DNA of 63,569 bases, taken from positions 124,001 through 187,569 of the forward strand of contig JBEKXF010000003.1 of NCBI GenBank assembly GCA_049512315.1, in the 5' to 3' direction. The translations under genes and the position numbers were made by a program. The stretch is from Candidatus Aminicenantales bacterium. Lineage in GTDB: Bacteria > Acidobacteriota > Aminicenantia > Aminicenantales > Saccharicenantaceae. Positions 7,944 through 18,752 of this stretch are shown here, piece by piece. Position 1 is the first letter of the stretch, and every line of letters starts with the position of its first letter. The notes under the pieces were generated by a model. That model ran no database searches. It was not told where the DNA came from and was given only the letters and a program-made list of their open reading frames with translations.

Positions 7944-10088
7944 TCAGGCGGGTTGGCCGCCGGCCTCGTTCTCGAGGCGGCTGACCTTCAGGGAGATGTT
8001 CCGGTACCCGGGGTTCCAGCTCAGGATCTCCTTGAAGAGCTCCAGGGCCTTGGCCCGGTCGGAGCTCTGCTCGCAAAGCTCCGCCAGGTCGAACTCCAGG
8101 GCGTAATACTGGTCGGTGCCTTCCCTCGCCAGAACGATAGCTTTTTTCAGCCACTTCTCGGCGTCCTGGAAGCTGCGCCGCTGCCTGTGGCAGTAGCTGA
8201 TGAGGCTGAAGCAGTCGAGGGCCAGCTCCTTGTCCTTGGAGGCTTGGGAGAACTCCTCGATGGCCTCGGTGTAGAGCCCCTGCTCCATGAAGGCGATCCC
8301 GAGCTGATAGCGGATCTGGTAGTTTTCCGGGTTGAGCTTGGTCTTGATGTCCCTCTTGAAATCGGCCACGATATTCGACAGGTCCCGCTCGTCCTGGGTC
8401 ATCTCGCCCTGGACCTGCTGGGCGTAAGCCACTCTCAGGAGCCGCAGCTCCTCGGCGACCTGGCCCGAGAGCTCGTAGAACCTCTTCTCGCCCTCCCCGT
8501 TGCTGACGAAGGGGATGATGTCGGTTTCGCCGAAAATATCGGCGGTGCTGATCTTGTCGCCTTCGGCGATGTCGCTTCCGAACGGGGCAGGCACTTTTCT
8601 CCCGTCCTCAGCCCTCTCCTCCGGATGCGGCTTTTCCTTGGCCTGGGACTCTAGGGCGCTGGCTTTCTCGACGCGGCGGCGGAGCTCGTCCTCATCGATG
8701 TGAGTCCGGATCTCATCGAGGACGGCGATCTTCTTCAGGATCTGCGGCTCGTCGGGATAGCGGACCGTCATGTTCTCCAGGAGCCGGCGGGCGATCCGCA
8801 CCAGGCCCTGTTGTATGTAGACATCGGCTTTGGTCAGGGTCTCCTGGATGACCTCCCGGTCCTTGCCGGTCACTTCGGAGAATTCTTCCGGCGGGACCTC
8901 GTCCGGCAATCCCCTCTCCTTCCGGAGGTTCCGGTACTCCAACGTGATCTCCGGGTCGTCGGGACGGAGCTGGTGGAGCTCGGACAGGGCGGCAAGCAGC
9001 TGCTCGCTCCCCCCCTGCTTGCCGACCTCGTCGATGATCGCCCGGAGGACGACCTCGAGCTTCTTGACCTCCTTGTTCGACCGGTAGATCATGGCCAGAC
9101 GCTCGAGGGCGGGAACGTGGGGCTTCTGGCTCTCCAGGATCAGCCCGAGGAGGCCGATGGCTTTGTCGTCCTTGTGCTTTTTGATGAGGTTGCTGATGAG
9201 GGGTTCGAACAGCTCATAGGCCTGGTCGAGCCTGTCCTTGAGGATCTGGATCCGGCCGAGCTTGATCCGGGCGTTGACATTCATGGGATGCCCGGTGACG
9301 ACGGCCGTAAAAACCTCTTCGGCGCGGCCGATGTCCCCGGCCTCGAAATAGAAATTGCCCAGGAGGTTCATGAGCTGAATGTTGTCGGGCTGTTTCCGGA
9401 GGCTCTCTTCGACGAGCGCGATGGCCTGAGGGCTCTTCCCCCAGCGCTTGTAGAGCTCGACGAGGCTGACAAGGGTCTTTTGGTCGGACGGGTTCAGGGA
9501 CCTAGCTTCCTTCAGGTTCTCTTCGGCGGCCTCGAGATTCCCTTGGGCCATCCGGATGTCGGCGATCTCGCCGAGCTGCTCCAGGGCCGCATCGAGGTAA
9601 CCCTGTTGCCGGTAGAGCTCGGCGAGCTCTTTCTTCAGGCCAAGGTCTTCCCGGTCGAGGCGGCAGACCTTTTCATAGACGTGGATCGCCTCCTGGAATT
9701 TCTTATCCTGGACGAACCGGGTGACGATCTTGAGGTATTCGTTCTTCGCGTCGGACTGGAACCCCTGGTGGCTGTAGAGGTCCCCGAGCTTCAGGGAGAT
9801 ATCGGAGTTGGCGGGGTCGATCTTGTAGATCTTCTTGTAGATGGCCAGGGCCTGCGAGAACAGGCCCCTCTTCTCGTATTCCTCGGCGACCTTCGTGAAG
9901 GACCGGACGGCCTTGTCGCTCATGTTGAGGCGCATATAGAGGTCGCCGATGATGTTCAGGGTGCCGACGTCCTGGGGGTCGGTACGGACGAGCCGCTCGT
10001 ACTCGGCGATGGCTTCCTTGATCTTGCCGGCCTTGACGTAGCGCTCCGCCAGTTCAATGGTTTTGATCCGGTCGATTCGGGCGCTCAT
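7944..10088 (-). CDS. Large cytoplasmic tetratricopeptide repeat protein
   Basis: Many TPR units (e.g. GTLNIIGDLYMRLN, IRYQLGIAFMEQGLYTEAIEEF); acidic linker; no signal peptide. Start at 10088 (MSARIDR) or 10100. Confidence 0.85.
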   Translation of the reverse strand: MSARIDRIKTIELAERYVKAGKIKEAIAEYERLVRTDPQDVGTLNIIGDLYMRLNMSDKAVRSFTKVAEEYEKRGLFSQALAIYKKIYKIDPANSDISLKLGDLYSHQGFQSDAKNEYLKIVTRFVQDKKFQEAIHVYEKVCRLDREDLGLKKELAELYRQQGYLDAALEQLGEIADIRMAQGNLEAAEENLKEARSLNPSDQKTLVSLVELYKRWGKSPQAIALVEESLRKQPDNIQLMNLLGNFYFEAGDIGRAEEVFTAVVTGHPMNVNARIKLGRIQILKDRLDQAYELFEPLISNLIKKHKDDKAIGLLGLILESQKPHVPALERLAMIYRSNKEVKKLEVVLRAIIDEVGKQGGSEQLLAALSELHQLRPDDPEITLEYRNLRKERGLPDEVPPEEFSEVTGKDREVIQETLTKADVYIQQGLVRIARRLLENMTVRYPDEPQILKKIAVLDEIRTHIDEDELRRRVEKASALESQAKEKPHPEERAEDGRKVPAPFGSDIAEGDKISTADIFGETDIIPFVSNGEGEKRFYELSGQVAEELRLLRVAYAQQVQGEMTQDERDLSNIVADFKRDIKTKLNPENYQIRYQLGIAFMEQGLYTEAIEEFSQASKDKELALDCFSLISYCHRQRRSFQDAEKWLKKAIVLAREGTDQYYALEFDLAELCEQSSDRAKALELFKEILSWNPGYRNISLKVSRLENEAGGQPA

Positions 10089-10104
10089 GGGGCTTTCCAA
10101 TCCT

Positions 10105-10716
10105 TCATCCCAATTTAAAGGACATCCGGTGCAGGCCGGTCGGGCCCTTGGCCTTCAGGCACCGGAAATGCTCCTCGGTTCCGTAGCCCTTGTTCCTGGC
10201 CAGGCCGTAGCCGCCGTAGACGGCGTCGAACGCATCCATGAGGCCGTCCCGGAAGACTTTGGCCACGATGGAGGCCGCGGCGATGGACATGCACTTCCTG
10301 TCCCCCTGCGGGATGCCCATCTGTTGGTAATGTACATCTTTCAGCGCGAATCCGTCAACCAGGAGGAAATCGACGGGCCCGGTGAGATTCTCGACCGCGC
10401 GTTTCATGGCCATCTGCGACGCCCAGTAGATGTTCCTTTCATCGATCTCGGCGCTGGAGGCCATCCCAATCCCCAGGGCTGCCGCCTCGCAGAGCAGGAG
10501 GACCCCCAGCTCCATCCTTTTAGTCGGCGGAAGGAGCTTGGAGTCGTTAATTTTCCGGGCCCAGGCGGGGGGACGGCGCAAGCACCATTCAGCGGGGAGG
10601 ACGACGGCCGCGGCCACGACGGGGCCGAACAGGGCCCCCCGGCCGACCTCGTCGAGGCCGGCGACGGCCCGACAGCCCTTCCGCAGGAGGTCCCTCTCGA
10701 TCTTGAAGCCGGCCAC
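10105..10716 (-). CDS. rnhB: Ribonuclease HII
   Basis: AGLDEVGRG, DSK, LLVDG, SIAAASIVAKV.RD, NKGYGT..H motifs; follows rplS. Confidence 0.96.
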   Translation of the reverse strand: MAGFKIERDLLRKGCRAVAGLDEVGRGALFGPVVAAAVVLPAEWCLRRPPAWARKINDSKLLPPTKRMELGVLLLCEAAALGIGMASSAEIDERNIYWASQMAMKRAVENLTGPVDFLLVDGFALKDVHYQQMGIPQGDRKCMSIAAASIVAKVFRDGLMDAFDAVYGGYGLARNKGYGTEEHFRCLKAKGPTGLHRMSFKLG

Positions 10717-10726
10717 GGCGTCCCGG

Positions 10727-11086
10727 TCAGGATTGCGGCTGTTGCTGCTGCTGTTCCTTGAGGCGGGCGGCCTTGCCCTTGAGGTTGCGGAGGTAGTAGA
10801 GCTTGGCCCTCTTGACGCTCCCTTTCCGAACGACCTCGATCTTCCGGACCATCTTGGAATGGAGCGGGAAGACCCTCTCGACGCCGACGCCGAACGAGAC
10901 CTTCCGGACCGTGAACGACGCCTTGATCCCGCTCCCGCGCCGGGCGATGACGTCGCCGCGGAAGATCTGGATGCGCTCCTTGTCGCCCTCCTTGATGACG
11001 ACGTGGACCTTGACGGTGTCGCCCACGGCGAAGGGTTCGACGTCCTTCTTCAGGTGTTTATCCTCGATCGAATCAACCACGTTCAT
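10727..11086 (-). CDS. rplS: 50S ribosomal protein L19
   Basis: [38 protein letters not shown]. Confidence 0.98.
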   Translation of the reverse strand: MNVVDSIEDKHLKKDVEPFAVGDTVKVHVVIKEGDKERIQIFRGDVIARRGSGIKASFTVRKVSFGVGVERVFPLHSKMVRKIEVVRKGSVKRAKLYYLRNLKGKAARLKEQQQQQPQS

Positions 11087-11820
11087 GGGTCCTTCCTTTC
11101 GTTCCGAATTTCCTCCAGGAGACGCCTGTCTTCCGGGGTGAGCTCTTGATCCTTCAAGAGATCCGGTCGTCTCTCGAGCGTTTTCGCCAGAGCCTTTTTC
11201 CGCCGCCAGCGCCCGATCTTCTTGTGGTCGCCGGAGAAGAGGACCGAGGGGACGCGCAGGCCCCGAAACTCCCGCGGCCTCGTGTAGTGGGGGAAGTCCA
11301 GGATCCCCTCGGCGAAGGAGTCGTGCCGGACGGAATCCTCCTTGCCCACCACGCCCCCGACGAACCGCGAGGCCGCGTCCACGACGACGACCGCGGCCGG
11401 CTCTCCGCCGGCGAGGACGTAGTCGCCGATCGAGATCTCGCCATCGGCCAGATGCCCAGCGACGCGCTCGTCCACGCCCTCGTAGCGGCCGCAGATCAGG
11501 ATGACCTGCTTGTGGGAAGCCATCTCCTGGGCCATGGCCGAGCTGAAGCGGGCGCCCTGCGGAGAAAGCAGGTAGACCCGGGAATCCTCGTCCCGGCGGA
11601 CGGCCTCCACGGCCGCAAAGATCGGCTCGGGCTTCAAGACCATTCCTTCCAGTCCTCCGTAGGGACGGTCGTCGACCTGCCGGTGCCTGTCCTTCGTATA
11701 GCCCCTCAGGTCGTGGACCACGATCTCCATCAGGCCCTTGTCCAGGGCCCTCCGGATGATCCCCCCTGAAAAGACGCCGGCGAACATTTCAGGGAAGATC
11801 GTGATTATATCAAATCTCAT
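11083..11820 (-). CDS. trmD: tRNA (guanine-N1)-methyltransferase TrmD
   Basis: [39 protein letters not shown]. Confidence 0.98.
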   Translation of the reverse strand: MRFDIITIFPEMFAGVFSGGIIRRALDKGLMEIVVHDLRGYTKDRHRQVDDRPYGGLEGMVLKPEPIFAAVEAVRRDEDSRVYLLSPQGARFSSAMAQEMASHKQVILICGRYEGVDERVAGHLADGEISIGDYVLAGGEPAAVVVVDAASRFVGGVVGKEDSVRHDSFAEGILDFPHYTRPREFRGLRVPSVLFSGDHKKIGRWRRKKALAKTLERRPDLLKDQELTPEDRRLLEEIRNERKDP

Positions 11821-12331
11821 TCAACTCCAAAAGGCCGTCCGGAGGGTCGATGACGATTTCCCGTTTCTCCGGATCGACGCGCACGCAGATCGGCTCCGCG
11901 AACGGAACATAATAGTCCTTTTCCCCGCGGGCGACAACGAGGACATCCGGGCCCCCCGCGGAAAGGATGCCCCGGACGGTCCCGACCTCGGTGCCGTCGC
12001 CCGTGATGACGCGGCTCCCGATGACCTGGAAGTCGTAGTAGAGGCCGGCTTTGAGCGGCCGGAAGCTTTCTTCCGGGACAAAAACCTCAAGCCCGGCCAG
12101 TCCGTCCGACTGGGCCAGCGAATCGATGCCTTTGAGCTTCAGGAAGTACGAGCTTCGGTCGAGATCGAAGGACTCGACCTCGTATTCCTCGAACCCCCCG
12201 GACCGTCGCAGGTAAACCTTCGAAAGGGTCGGCCCGGGAAGTCCCTTCTCAAGGAGCCTGACCTTGAGGTGCCCCTCGCGGCCCTGGCTTCTGAGGACCT
12301 TCCCTATCCTGACGAGATCAGCCTTTTTCAA
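11810..12331 (-). CDS. rimM: 16S rRNA processing protein RimM
   Basis: [13 protein letters not shown]-terminus; PRC-barrel C-terminus (YYVPF...[10 protein letters not shown]); synteny with trmD. Confidence 0.93.
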   Translation of the reverse strand: MKKADLVRIGKVLRSQGREGHLKVRLLEKGLPGPTLSKVYLRRSGGFEEYEVESFDLDRSSYFLKLKGIDSLAQSDGLAGLEVFVPEESFRPLKAGLYYDFQVIGSRVITGDGTEVGTVRGILSAGGPDVLVVARGEKDYYVPFAEPICVRVDPEKREIVIDPPDGLLELNEI

Positions 12332-12554
12332 TGATCTCCAGGTTGAATCTCCTCTTGAGCTTCATCCCGGCGGCGCCGAGAATGATCCGGATGGCGCGGG
12401 CCGTCCGTCCTTGTTTTCCGATCACTTTTCCCAGGTCTTCCGGGGCCACCTTGAGTTCCAGGATCGTGGTCTGCTCCCCCTCAAGCAGGGAAACGACCAC
12501 CCGTTCCGGGTTGTCCACCAGTGCTTTGGCGATCAATTCCACGAGTTCTTTCAC
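12318..12554 (-). CDS. khpA: KH-domain RNA-binding protein KhpA
   Basis: LVDNPE...[17 protein letters not shown]; lies between rpsP and rimM. Confidence 0.95.
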   Translation of the reverse strand: MKELVELIAKALVDNPERVVVSLLEGEQTTILELKVAPEDLGKVIGKQGRTARAIRIILGAAGMKLKRRFNLEIIEKG

Positions 12555-12565
12555 CGTGTCCTCCT

Positions 12566-12832
12566 TTAAGGTTTGGCTTCTTGCGATCGCTTCGTGGATG
12601 CGGAAGCTTTATCCAAGAGAGATTGAACGGTTCTCGACGGCCGGACGCCCTTCGAAAGCCACTGGTTCGCCTTCACGATGTCGATCGTGACCTCCGCCGG
12701 TTCCTTCAGGGGGTTGTAGGAACCGACCGTGTCCAATGCCTGGCTCTGACGCGCTTTTTTGGAATCCATGACAACGATCCGGTAGGAAGGTTTCTTTTTC
12801 GCTCCAAATCTCATCAGTCGCATAGTCATCAT
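12566..12832 (-). CDS. rpsP: 30S ribosomal protein S16
   Basis: [18 protein letters not shown]...VGSYNP...WLSKG.RPS.TV. Confidence 0.96.
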   Translation of the reverse strand: MMTMRLMRFGAKKKPSYRIVVMDSKKARQSQALDTVGSYNPLKEPAEVTIDIVKANQWLSKGVRPSRTVQSLLDKASASTKRSQEAKP

Positions 12833-12870
12833 TGTGGTATCACTTCCGTGGTGAAGTAAATTGCTGCAAA

Positions 12871-12899
12871 ATCATAGCCGAATTTCGATCGCAAGTCAA
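12871..12899 (-). promoter_or_regulatory. sigma70 promoter of the rpsP operon
   Basis: Minus strand TTGACT-N17-TATGAT. Confidence 0.65.
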
Positions 12900-13080
12900 C
12901 TGCTTTTCGCCTGCTGTCCCCTGAAGAGGACAGCCTGGGCCCGCGATGCCCGGAGGACTCGAAGGACCTCTCCCGCTAACCTCAGATAAAATATCTTGTG
13001 ACCCGTCATCCATCAATGCTATCCTAATTTTCCGGCCGCGTCCGATACGGATGTTAAGGGCCGGGAAGGAGGGCCGGCCG

Positions 13081-13872
13081 ATGGCGAAGATCTATTACGT
13101 CGGGGACTGGGCGGTGCTCACGGGCCCGGTCTTCGCGGAAACCCCTTTCTATTATTCCCACAAGGGCCTCGATATCCTCAATTACGGGAAGTGGCTGAAG
13201 GAAGCCCTGGAATCCACGGGCGTGCACACCGTCCTGTCCGTTCCCGCCTGGGATTTCTATAACAAGCTCGGCCCGGGCGATTACGAAGAGGTCCTGAAGG
13301 AGTATGACGTCTTCATCTTTAGCGATATCGACGCCAAGCTCTTCCAGCTCGCCCCGAGCTTCTTCAACCGGGAGAAGTTCGGGAATGGGGTCCTGACCTT
13401 CCCCGACCGGATCCGCTTGACCATGGAGGCCGTCAAGAAAGGCAAGGGGGCGCTCTTTCTGGGAGGCTGGTATTCCTTCACCGGGGAGCAGGGAAAAGGA
13501 GGCTGGGGTCGGACGCCCCTTCGGGAGCTCCTCCCTGTCCGCTGCCTGGATTACGAGGACCTGGTCGAGAGCACGGAAGGCTTCGACGCGGAGCTCACCC
13601 CCGCGGGGGAAGCCCTATTCAGGAACATCCGCATCCAGACCATGCCCCCCATTCTCGGGTACAACAAGACGCTGCCCATCCCCGAAGGCAAGGTCCTGGT
13701 GAGGGTCAAGGAAACCGGCGACGCCCTCGTCGCCTCCCGGCTCTATGGCCGGGGCCGCGTCCTGGCCTACATGTCCGACCCGGCCCCGCACTGGGGCTGC
13801 AACTTCATTTTCTGGGAAGAGTACGCCGCTTTCTGGCTCGACTGCGTGGACCACGTCACCGGCCGGAAATAG
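13081..13872 (+). CDS. Glutamine amidotransferase-like (DUF1355 / GATase1-like) protein
   Basis: ATG 13081 after GGAGG; YDVFIFSDI, LFLGGWYSF.G..GKGGW..TPL..LLPV, SDPAPHWG motifs. Confidence 0.8.
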   Translation: MAKIYYVGDWAVLTGPVFAETPFYYSHKGLDILNYGKWLKEALESTGVHTVLSVPAWDFYNKLGPGDYEEVLKEYDVFIFSDIDAKLFQLAPSFFNREKFGNGVLTFPDRIRLTMEAVKKGKGALFLGGWYSFTGEQGKGGWGRTPLRELLPVRCLDYEDLVESTEGFDAELTPAGEALFRNIRIQTMPPILGYNKTLPIPEGKVLVRVKETGDALVASRLYGRGRVLAYMSDPAPHWGCNFIFWEEYAAFWLDCVDHVTGRK

Positions 13873-13881
13873 GGCGGGGCT

Positions 13882-15204
13882 TCATTTCAGGCCGGCGAGC
13901 ATTTTCTGGAGCTGAGGCTTCTTCATCATCTTCTGCATTTCCTGGAACTGCTTGACGAGTTGGTTGACCTCGTGCACGGGCCGTCCGCTGCCCCTGGCGA
14001 TCCTCAGGCGGCGGCTGCCGGTGAGGATCCTGGGGTTCTCCCGCTCGGGGGGAGTCATGGAGTTGATGATGGCTTCGAAATGAGCGATCTTCCGGTCGTC
14101 GACCTCGGCCTTGGCCAGGTTCTTGAAGGGGCCCACTTGGGGCAGGTGGCCCAGCACGCCGGATAGGGAGCCCATCTTCTTGAGCTGGACGAGCTGCTTC
14201 TTGAAGTCCTCGAGGGTGAACTCCTTCTTCCGGATCTTGCGGGCCAACTCCTCGGCGTCCTCGGCGTCGGTCTCTTCTTCGGCTTTTTCGATGAGGGTCA
14301 GGATGTCCCCCATCCCCAGGATGCGGGAGGCCATGCGCTCGGGGTGGAAGACCTCGAGCTTGTCCAGCTTCTCGCCGACGCCTGCGAACTTGATGGGCCG
14401 GCCGGTCACGGAAACGATGGACAGGGCCGCGCCGCCCCTGGCGTCGCCGTCGAGCTTAGTCAGGATGACGGAGGTCAGTCCTATTTTCTCTTCGAAAGCC
14501 TGAGCGCTCCGGACCGCGTCCTGTCCGGTCATGGCGTCGCCGACAAAGATCGTCTCGACCGGGTTGAGGATGTCCTTGGCCAGCCGGAGCTCGTCCATGA
14601 GCTCGTCGTCCACATGCAGCCGGCCGGCCGTGTCGACGATCAGCGGGTCAAAGGCTCTGTTCCGCGCGTACGTCATGAGTTCCCTGAGGGCGTCCCGGGG
14701 GACCTTCATCTGGGCCGGGGTCATCTCGTAGAACGGAATGCCCAGGGAGCCGGCGATCGTCTTAAGCTGTTCCTGGGCGGCCAGACGCTTCAGGTCGAAC
14801 GAGACGAGGAGCGGGCTTTTCCGGAGCCCGGTCACCCAGCGGGCCAACTTGCCGCAGGTCGTCGTCTTGCCGCTTCCCTGGAGGCCGACCAGCATGAAGA
14901 TCGAGGGAGGGGCGCCGGCAAAAGCAAGGGGCTTCTGCTGGCCGCCCAGGATGGCCGCGAGCTCGTCCCGGACGATCTTGATGACCTGCTGGGCCGGGGT
15001 CAGGCTGCGAAGGACCTCCTCTCCCAGGGCTTTTTCGCGGATCCGGGCCTCGAATTCCTTGACGACCTTATAGTTGACGTCCGCCTCGAGGAGGGCCAGG
15101 CGCATCATCTTCAGGGCCTCGGCCATGTTTTTTTCCGTGACCTTGCCCTCGCCCCTGAGGAATTTCATCATTTTCTCGAGGCGGCCGCTAAGCTGGTCGA
15201 ACAT
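13882..15204 (-). CDS. ffh: Signal recognition particle protein Ffh
   Basis: [33 protein letters not shown] domain (IINSMT..ER, SRR.RIA.GSG). Confidence 0.98.
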   Translation of the reverse strand: MFDQLSGRLEKMMKFLRGEGKVTEKNMAEALKMMRLALLEADVNYKVVKEFEARIREKALGEEVLRSLTPAQQVIKIVRDELAAILGGQQKPLAFAGAPPSIFMLVGLQGSGKTTTCGKLARWVTGLRKSPLLVSFDLKRLAAQEQLKTIAGSLGIPFYEMTPAQMKVPRDALRELMTYARNRAFDPLIVDTAGRLHVDDELMDELRLAKDILNPVETIFVGDAMTGQDAVRSAQAFEEKIGLTSVILTKLDGDARGGAALSIVSVTGRPIKFAGVGEKLDKLEVFHPERMASRILGMGDILTLIEKAEEETDAEDAEELARKIRKKEFTLEDFKKQLVQLKKMGSLSGVLGHLPQVGPFKNLAKAEVDDRKIAHFEAIINSMTPPERENPRILTGSRRLRIARGSGRPVHEVNQLVKQFQEMQKMMKKPQLQKMLAGLK

Positions 15205-15340
15205 CGGATTTCATCCTCCTGAGGAAATCAGCACCCGTCATCTTAGGCCAAGCCTCCGCCGCAGTCAAACCCGGGAAGCCTTGACATTTCCCCCTGATGC
15301 CATTAAGGTAGAATCACTTTTCGGGAGATGGAAGAGGCCC

Positions 15341-15856
15341 ATGAACGACAAAAACAAACGGCCGGATGACCCGGAAGACGTCGTGCCGGGCGGGAAGATC
15401 GATTTTGACGAGATCCGAAAGGTGATCGCCCTCCTCGAGGAGAAGGACCTTTCGGTTCTCGAGCTCGAGGTCGAAGGCTTCAAGATCAAGATCGGCCGGT
15501 CCGCGCCGGTTCCGGCACCCCCACCGTCGTCCGTCCGCGAGGCCGCGGCGCCCGGCCCCGCAGCGGCCGGCGAAGCCTCTCCCCCCGCCCCCGCCCCTGA
15601 GCTGGACAAGACGCTCCAGCTGATCACCTCTCCGATGGTCGGCACCTTCTACCGGGCCCCCGACCCCACGGCCTCGCCGTTCGTGGATATCGGGGACGTG
15701 GTCAAGAAGGGGCAGACCCTCTGCATCGTCGAAGCGATGAAGCTCATGAACGAGATCGAGTCCGACGTGGACGGGACGGTCGTCGAGATCTTCGTCGAGA
15801 ACGCCAAGCCCGTCGAATACGGCCAGAAACTCTTTGCCCTCAAGCCTCTGAGCTGA
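15341..15856 (+). CDS. accB: Acetyl-CoA carboxylase biotin carboxyl carrier protein
   Basis: SPMVGTFYR; biotinylation motif EAMKLMNEI; Pro/Ala linker; ATG 15341. Confidence 0.96.
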   Translation: MNDKNKRPDDPEDVVPGGKIDFDEIRKVIALLEEKDLSVLELEVEGFKIKIGRSAPVPAPPPSSVREAAAPGPAAAGEASPPAPAPELDKTLQLITSPMVGTFYRAPDPTASPFVDIGDVVKKGQTLCIVEAMKLMNEIESDVDGTVVEIFVENAKPVEYGQKLFALKPLS

Positions 15857-15862
15857 AGCCGC

Positions 15863-17221
15863 ATGATCTCGAAAATCCTTATCGCCAACCGCGGAGAGAT
15901 CGCCCTCCGCGTCGTCCGGTCCGCCCGGGAGCTGGGGTTCAAGACGGTCGCGGTGTTCTCGGAGGCCGACCGCCAATCCCTCCACGCCCTGCTCGCGGAC
16001 GAGCGGGTCTGCATCGGCCCGGCCAAGGCCTCGGAGAGCTACCTGAACATCGCCAATATCCTGAGCGCCGCCGAGGTCACGGGGGCCGACGCGATCCACC
16101 CCGGATACGGCTTCCTGGCGGAAAACGCCAAATTTGCCGAAATCTGCGAGAACGCCGGGATCACGTTCATCGGCCCTCCGCCGTCCCTCATCCGGCTCAT
16201 GGGGGACAAGAACAAGGCCCGCCAGACCATGAGGAAGGCGGGGCTGCCCGTCCTGCCCGGGAGCGACAAGGGCGTCGAGGACGCAAACGAGGCCAAGAAG
16301 ATCGCCGCGAAGATCGGCTTCCCGGTCATCCTCAAGGCGGCGGCAGGGGGCGGCGGCAGGGGGATGCGGATCTGCCGGTCGTCCGTCCAGCTCGAGGAGC
16401 AATTCCCGATCGCCCAAGGCGAGGCCAAGGCCGCGTTCGGAGACCCTTCGCTCTACCTCGAGAAGTTCTTGTCCGGGGCGCGCCACATCGAGATCCAGGT
16501 CATCGGCGACAAGAAAGGCAAGGTCATCGCCTTCGGCGAACGGGAATGCTCCATTCAGCGGAAATACCAGAAGCTCATCGAAGAAACCCCGTCGCCCTTC
16601 ATCGACGAAAAGACGCGGAGGCGGATGATCAAAGAAGCCGAGGACGCGGCCGCCGAAGTCGGCTACCAGAGCCTGGGGACCTTTGAATTCCTGGTGGATG
16701 AGAAGGAACGGTTTTACTTCATGGAGGCCAACGCGCGCGTCCAGGTCGAGCATCCCATCACCGAGATGGTCTACGGGATCAACTTGATCAAGGCCCAGAT
16801 CAGGATCGCGGCCGGCGAAAAGATGAACTTCCCCTACTCCCTCGAGATGCGGGGGCACGCCATCGAATGCCGGATCAACGCCGAGGACCCCAGGACGTTC
16901 GTTCCTTCGCCGGGAAAGATCGATTTCCTGGTCCTGCCGGGGGGCGAGGGGATCCGGGTGGATTCCGCGGCCTACGGCGGCTGGGTCATTCCCCCGGATT
17001 ACGACTCTCTGGTGGCGAAGATCATCGCCTTCGCTCCGACGCGGGACCTGGCCATCCGCAAAATGCAGGTCGCCCTCGAGACGACGACCATCGTCGGCAT
17101 CAAGACGAACATCCCCCTTCACCTCAACGTCCTCTCCGACTCCGACTTCCGGAAGGGGATCTACAATACCCAGTTCATGGAAGGATTGCTGGACCGGCTG
17201 GCCGCAAAAGAGCGGTCCTGA
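15863..17221 (+). CDS. accC: Acetyl-CoA carboxylase biotin carboxylase
   Basis: KILIANRGEIA, HPGYGFLAEN, KAAAGGGGRGM, RVQVEHP, ECRINAED. Confidence 0.97.
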   Translation: MISKILIANRGEIALRVVRSARELGFKTVAVFSEADRQSLHALLADERVCIGPAKASESYLNIANILSAAEVTGADAIHPGYGFLAENAKFAEICENAGITFIGPPPSLIRLMGDKNKARQTMRKAGLPVLPGSDKGVEDANEAKKIAAKIGFPVILKAAAGGGGRGMRICRSSVQLEEQFPIAQGEAKAAFGDPSLYLEKFLSGARHIEIQVIGDKKGKVIAFGERECSIQRKYQKLIEETPSPFIDEKTRRRMIKEAEDAAAEVGYQSLGTFEFLVDEKERFYFMEANARVQVEHPITEMVYGINLIKAQIRIAAGEKMNFPYSLEMRGHAIECRINAEDPRTFVPSPGKIDFLVLPGGEGIRVDSAAYGGWVIPPDYDSLVAKIIAFAPTRDLAIRKMQVALETTTIVGIKTNIPLHLNVLSDSDFRKGIYNTQFMEGLLDRLAAKERS

Positions 17222-17254
17222 CGAACGGCGGGGAGCGCCGCGTCCAGGCCGGGC

Positions 17255-17767
17255 TCACCCCTTGCGCCGGAAGATGAGGACCGTGAACTCCCCCGCGTTG
17301 TCCTTGAAGACGTTCTCGTTGACGCCGAGGTAAAGGCGTCCCCTGATGGGCGCCGTCACACGTCCTTCCGCCCCGACGAAGAAATATTCCACGATCTCGT
17401 CCCGGATCTCCTCGCCGGTGTCCTCGTCCGTCCTCAGGGAAACGAGCTGGGCCACCTTGCCGATCAGGGCCCCGAGGTTCTGGTTCAGGATCGGTTGCTG
17501 GGTGGTCATAAGGTCGAGCCCCGCGGGTCCGCAGCTGGCCGACGGGTTCCCCTTCTGCAGGGAGATCTCCCCGGTTGCCATGAAAAAGAATTCGTCTCCT
17601 TGGGCGGCGTCCAGTCCTGTGTCCGCCCAGCCGGCATTCCCCGCGACCGTGACCTTCTTGACGAGCTCAAGGCCCGCCTGTTGAGGTCTCGGCACGGCCC
17701 AGAGGACCAAGGCCATGGCTCCGAAGAACGCCCAACCGCGCGCCAGAGCTTTGGCCCGCTTATCCAT
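17255..17767 (-). CDS. Exported LecA/PA-IL-like beta-sandwich protein (putative lectin)
   Basis: N-terminal hydrophobic segment; V.G..GW.DTG, ATGEI, GALIGKV, GRLYLGVNE....DNAGEFTV pattern. Confidence 0.6.
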   Translation of the reverse strand: MDKRAKALARGWAFFGAMALVLWAVPRPQQAGLELVKKVTVAGNAGWADTGLDAAQGDEFFFMATGEISLQKGNPSASCGPAGLDLMTTQQPILNQNLGALIGKVAQLVSLRTDEDTGEEIRDEIVEYFFVGAEGRVTAPIRGRLYLGVNENVFKDNAGEFTVLIFRRKG

Positions 17768-18575
17768 CCGTCCCGTCCTTGCCGGCCTGCACCTTGTCCA
17801 TTTTGAGAACCCCGATCATGGCCTCATGAATGAGACCGTTCGTGGCCAAGGTCTCCGGGATATCCGGCGTGTGTTCGCCCCCGAAAAAGTCGGTGACCTT
17901 CCCGCCAGCCTCAGCGACGATCAGGGCGCCCGCCGCCACATCCCAGGGTTTGAGCTTCAGCTCCCAGAATCCGTCGAAACGGCCGCAGGCCACGTAACAG
18001 AGGTCCAGGGCGGCGGACCCGCATCGCCTGACGGCCTGGGCCCGGAGGAGGAATCGGCCCCAATGGCCGACGTTGTTGACCGGGCTTGTCCGGATGTCGT
18101 AGGGGAAGCCGGTCGCCAGGAGGCTCCTCCCGAGATCGCCGACCTCCGAGACCCGGATCTTCCGGCCGTTGATAGAGGCGCCCCGCCCTTCCCCGGCCGA
18201 GAACAGCTCTTCCCGCATCGGGTCGTAGACAAGCCCCAAGACGACCCGGCCATGGCGTTCCAACGCCGCCGAGACGCAAAAGACCGGGAAAGTATGGGCG
18301 AAGTTCGTCGTCCCGTCGAGGGGGTCAAGGACCCAGCGGTATTCGGAGCGCCCGGGCCTAGCCAAGTTCTCCTCGGCCAGGATGCCGTGCTCCGGAAAGG
18401 CCTTCGAAAGCCGGCCGGCCAGGATCTCCTGGGCGCCCACGTCAAATTCTGTGACGAGGTCCACTTCCCCCTTGTAGTCGGCTTCCGCCCGGCGGTCGAG
18501 ATTGGCCTTCAGGAAATGGCCCGCCTCGCGAACGGCGGCTTCCGCGACCTTGAAGAACTCGGCCAATAATCCCAT
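17760..18575 (-). CDS. suhB: Inositol monophosphatase family protein (SuhB-like)
   Basis: DLVTEFD, WVLDPLDGTTNF, RRCGSAALDL, PWDVAAG; start MGLLAEFF at 18575. Confidence 0.92.
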   Translation of the reverse strand: MGLLAEFFKVAEAAVREAGHFLKANLDRRAEADYKGEVDLVTEFDVGAQEILAGRLSKAFPEHGILAEENLARPGRSEYRWVLDPLDGTTNFAHTFPVFCVSAALERHGRVVLGLVYDPMREELFSAGEGRGASINGRKIRVSEVGDLGRSLLATGFPYDIRTSPVNNVGHWGRFLLRAQAVRRCGSAALDLCYVACGRFDGFWELKLKPWDVAAGALIVAEAGGKVTDFFGGEHTPDIPETLATNGLIHEAMIGVLKMDKVQAGKDGTDG

Positions 18576-18752
18576 GGCGCCCCCTATCTTATCAACTCCC
18601 CGGCCTCCGGGCAACTGGCGAGAACCTCCGGATTCCAAGGGGGACGGCCCCCCCGGGGAAAGCGTCTCTCTTGGGGCAAACCGTTTTTCTTTCCCTCCGT
18701 AGTATAATATACTGATTATTCACGATAATTGAATTTTGGAAGGTTACAACCC

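Noticed and set aside
7931..7946. Minus-strand TGACAC-GGCTT-CTGCA resembling a sigma54 promoter
   Set aside because: It lacks the invariant GG at -24, overlaps the TPR gene stop codon and has no downstream gene on that strand.
7666..8106. Short ORFs over the two ~200-bp repeats (7666-8106 and 59981-60256) sharing RVR.L...KNRDL
   Set aside because: The peptide similarity follows from the nucleotide repeat. The ORFs differ in start and length, run into real genes and lack an SD, so they were treated as non-coding.
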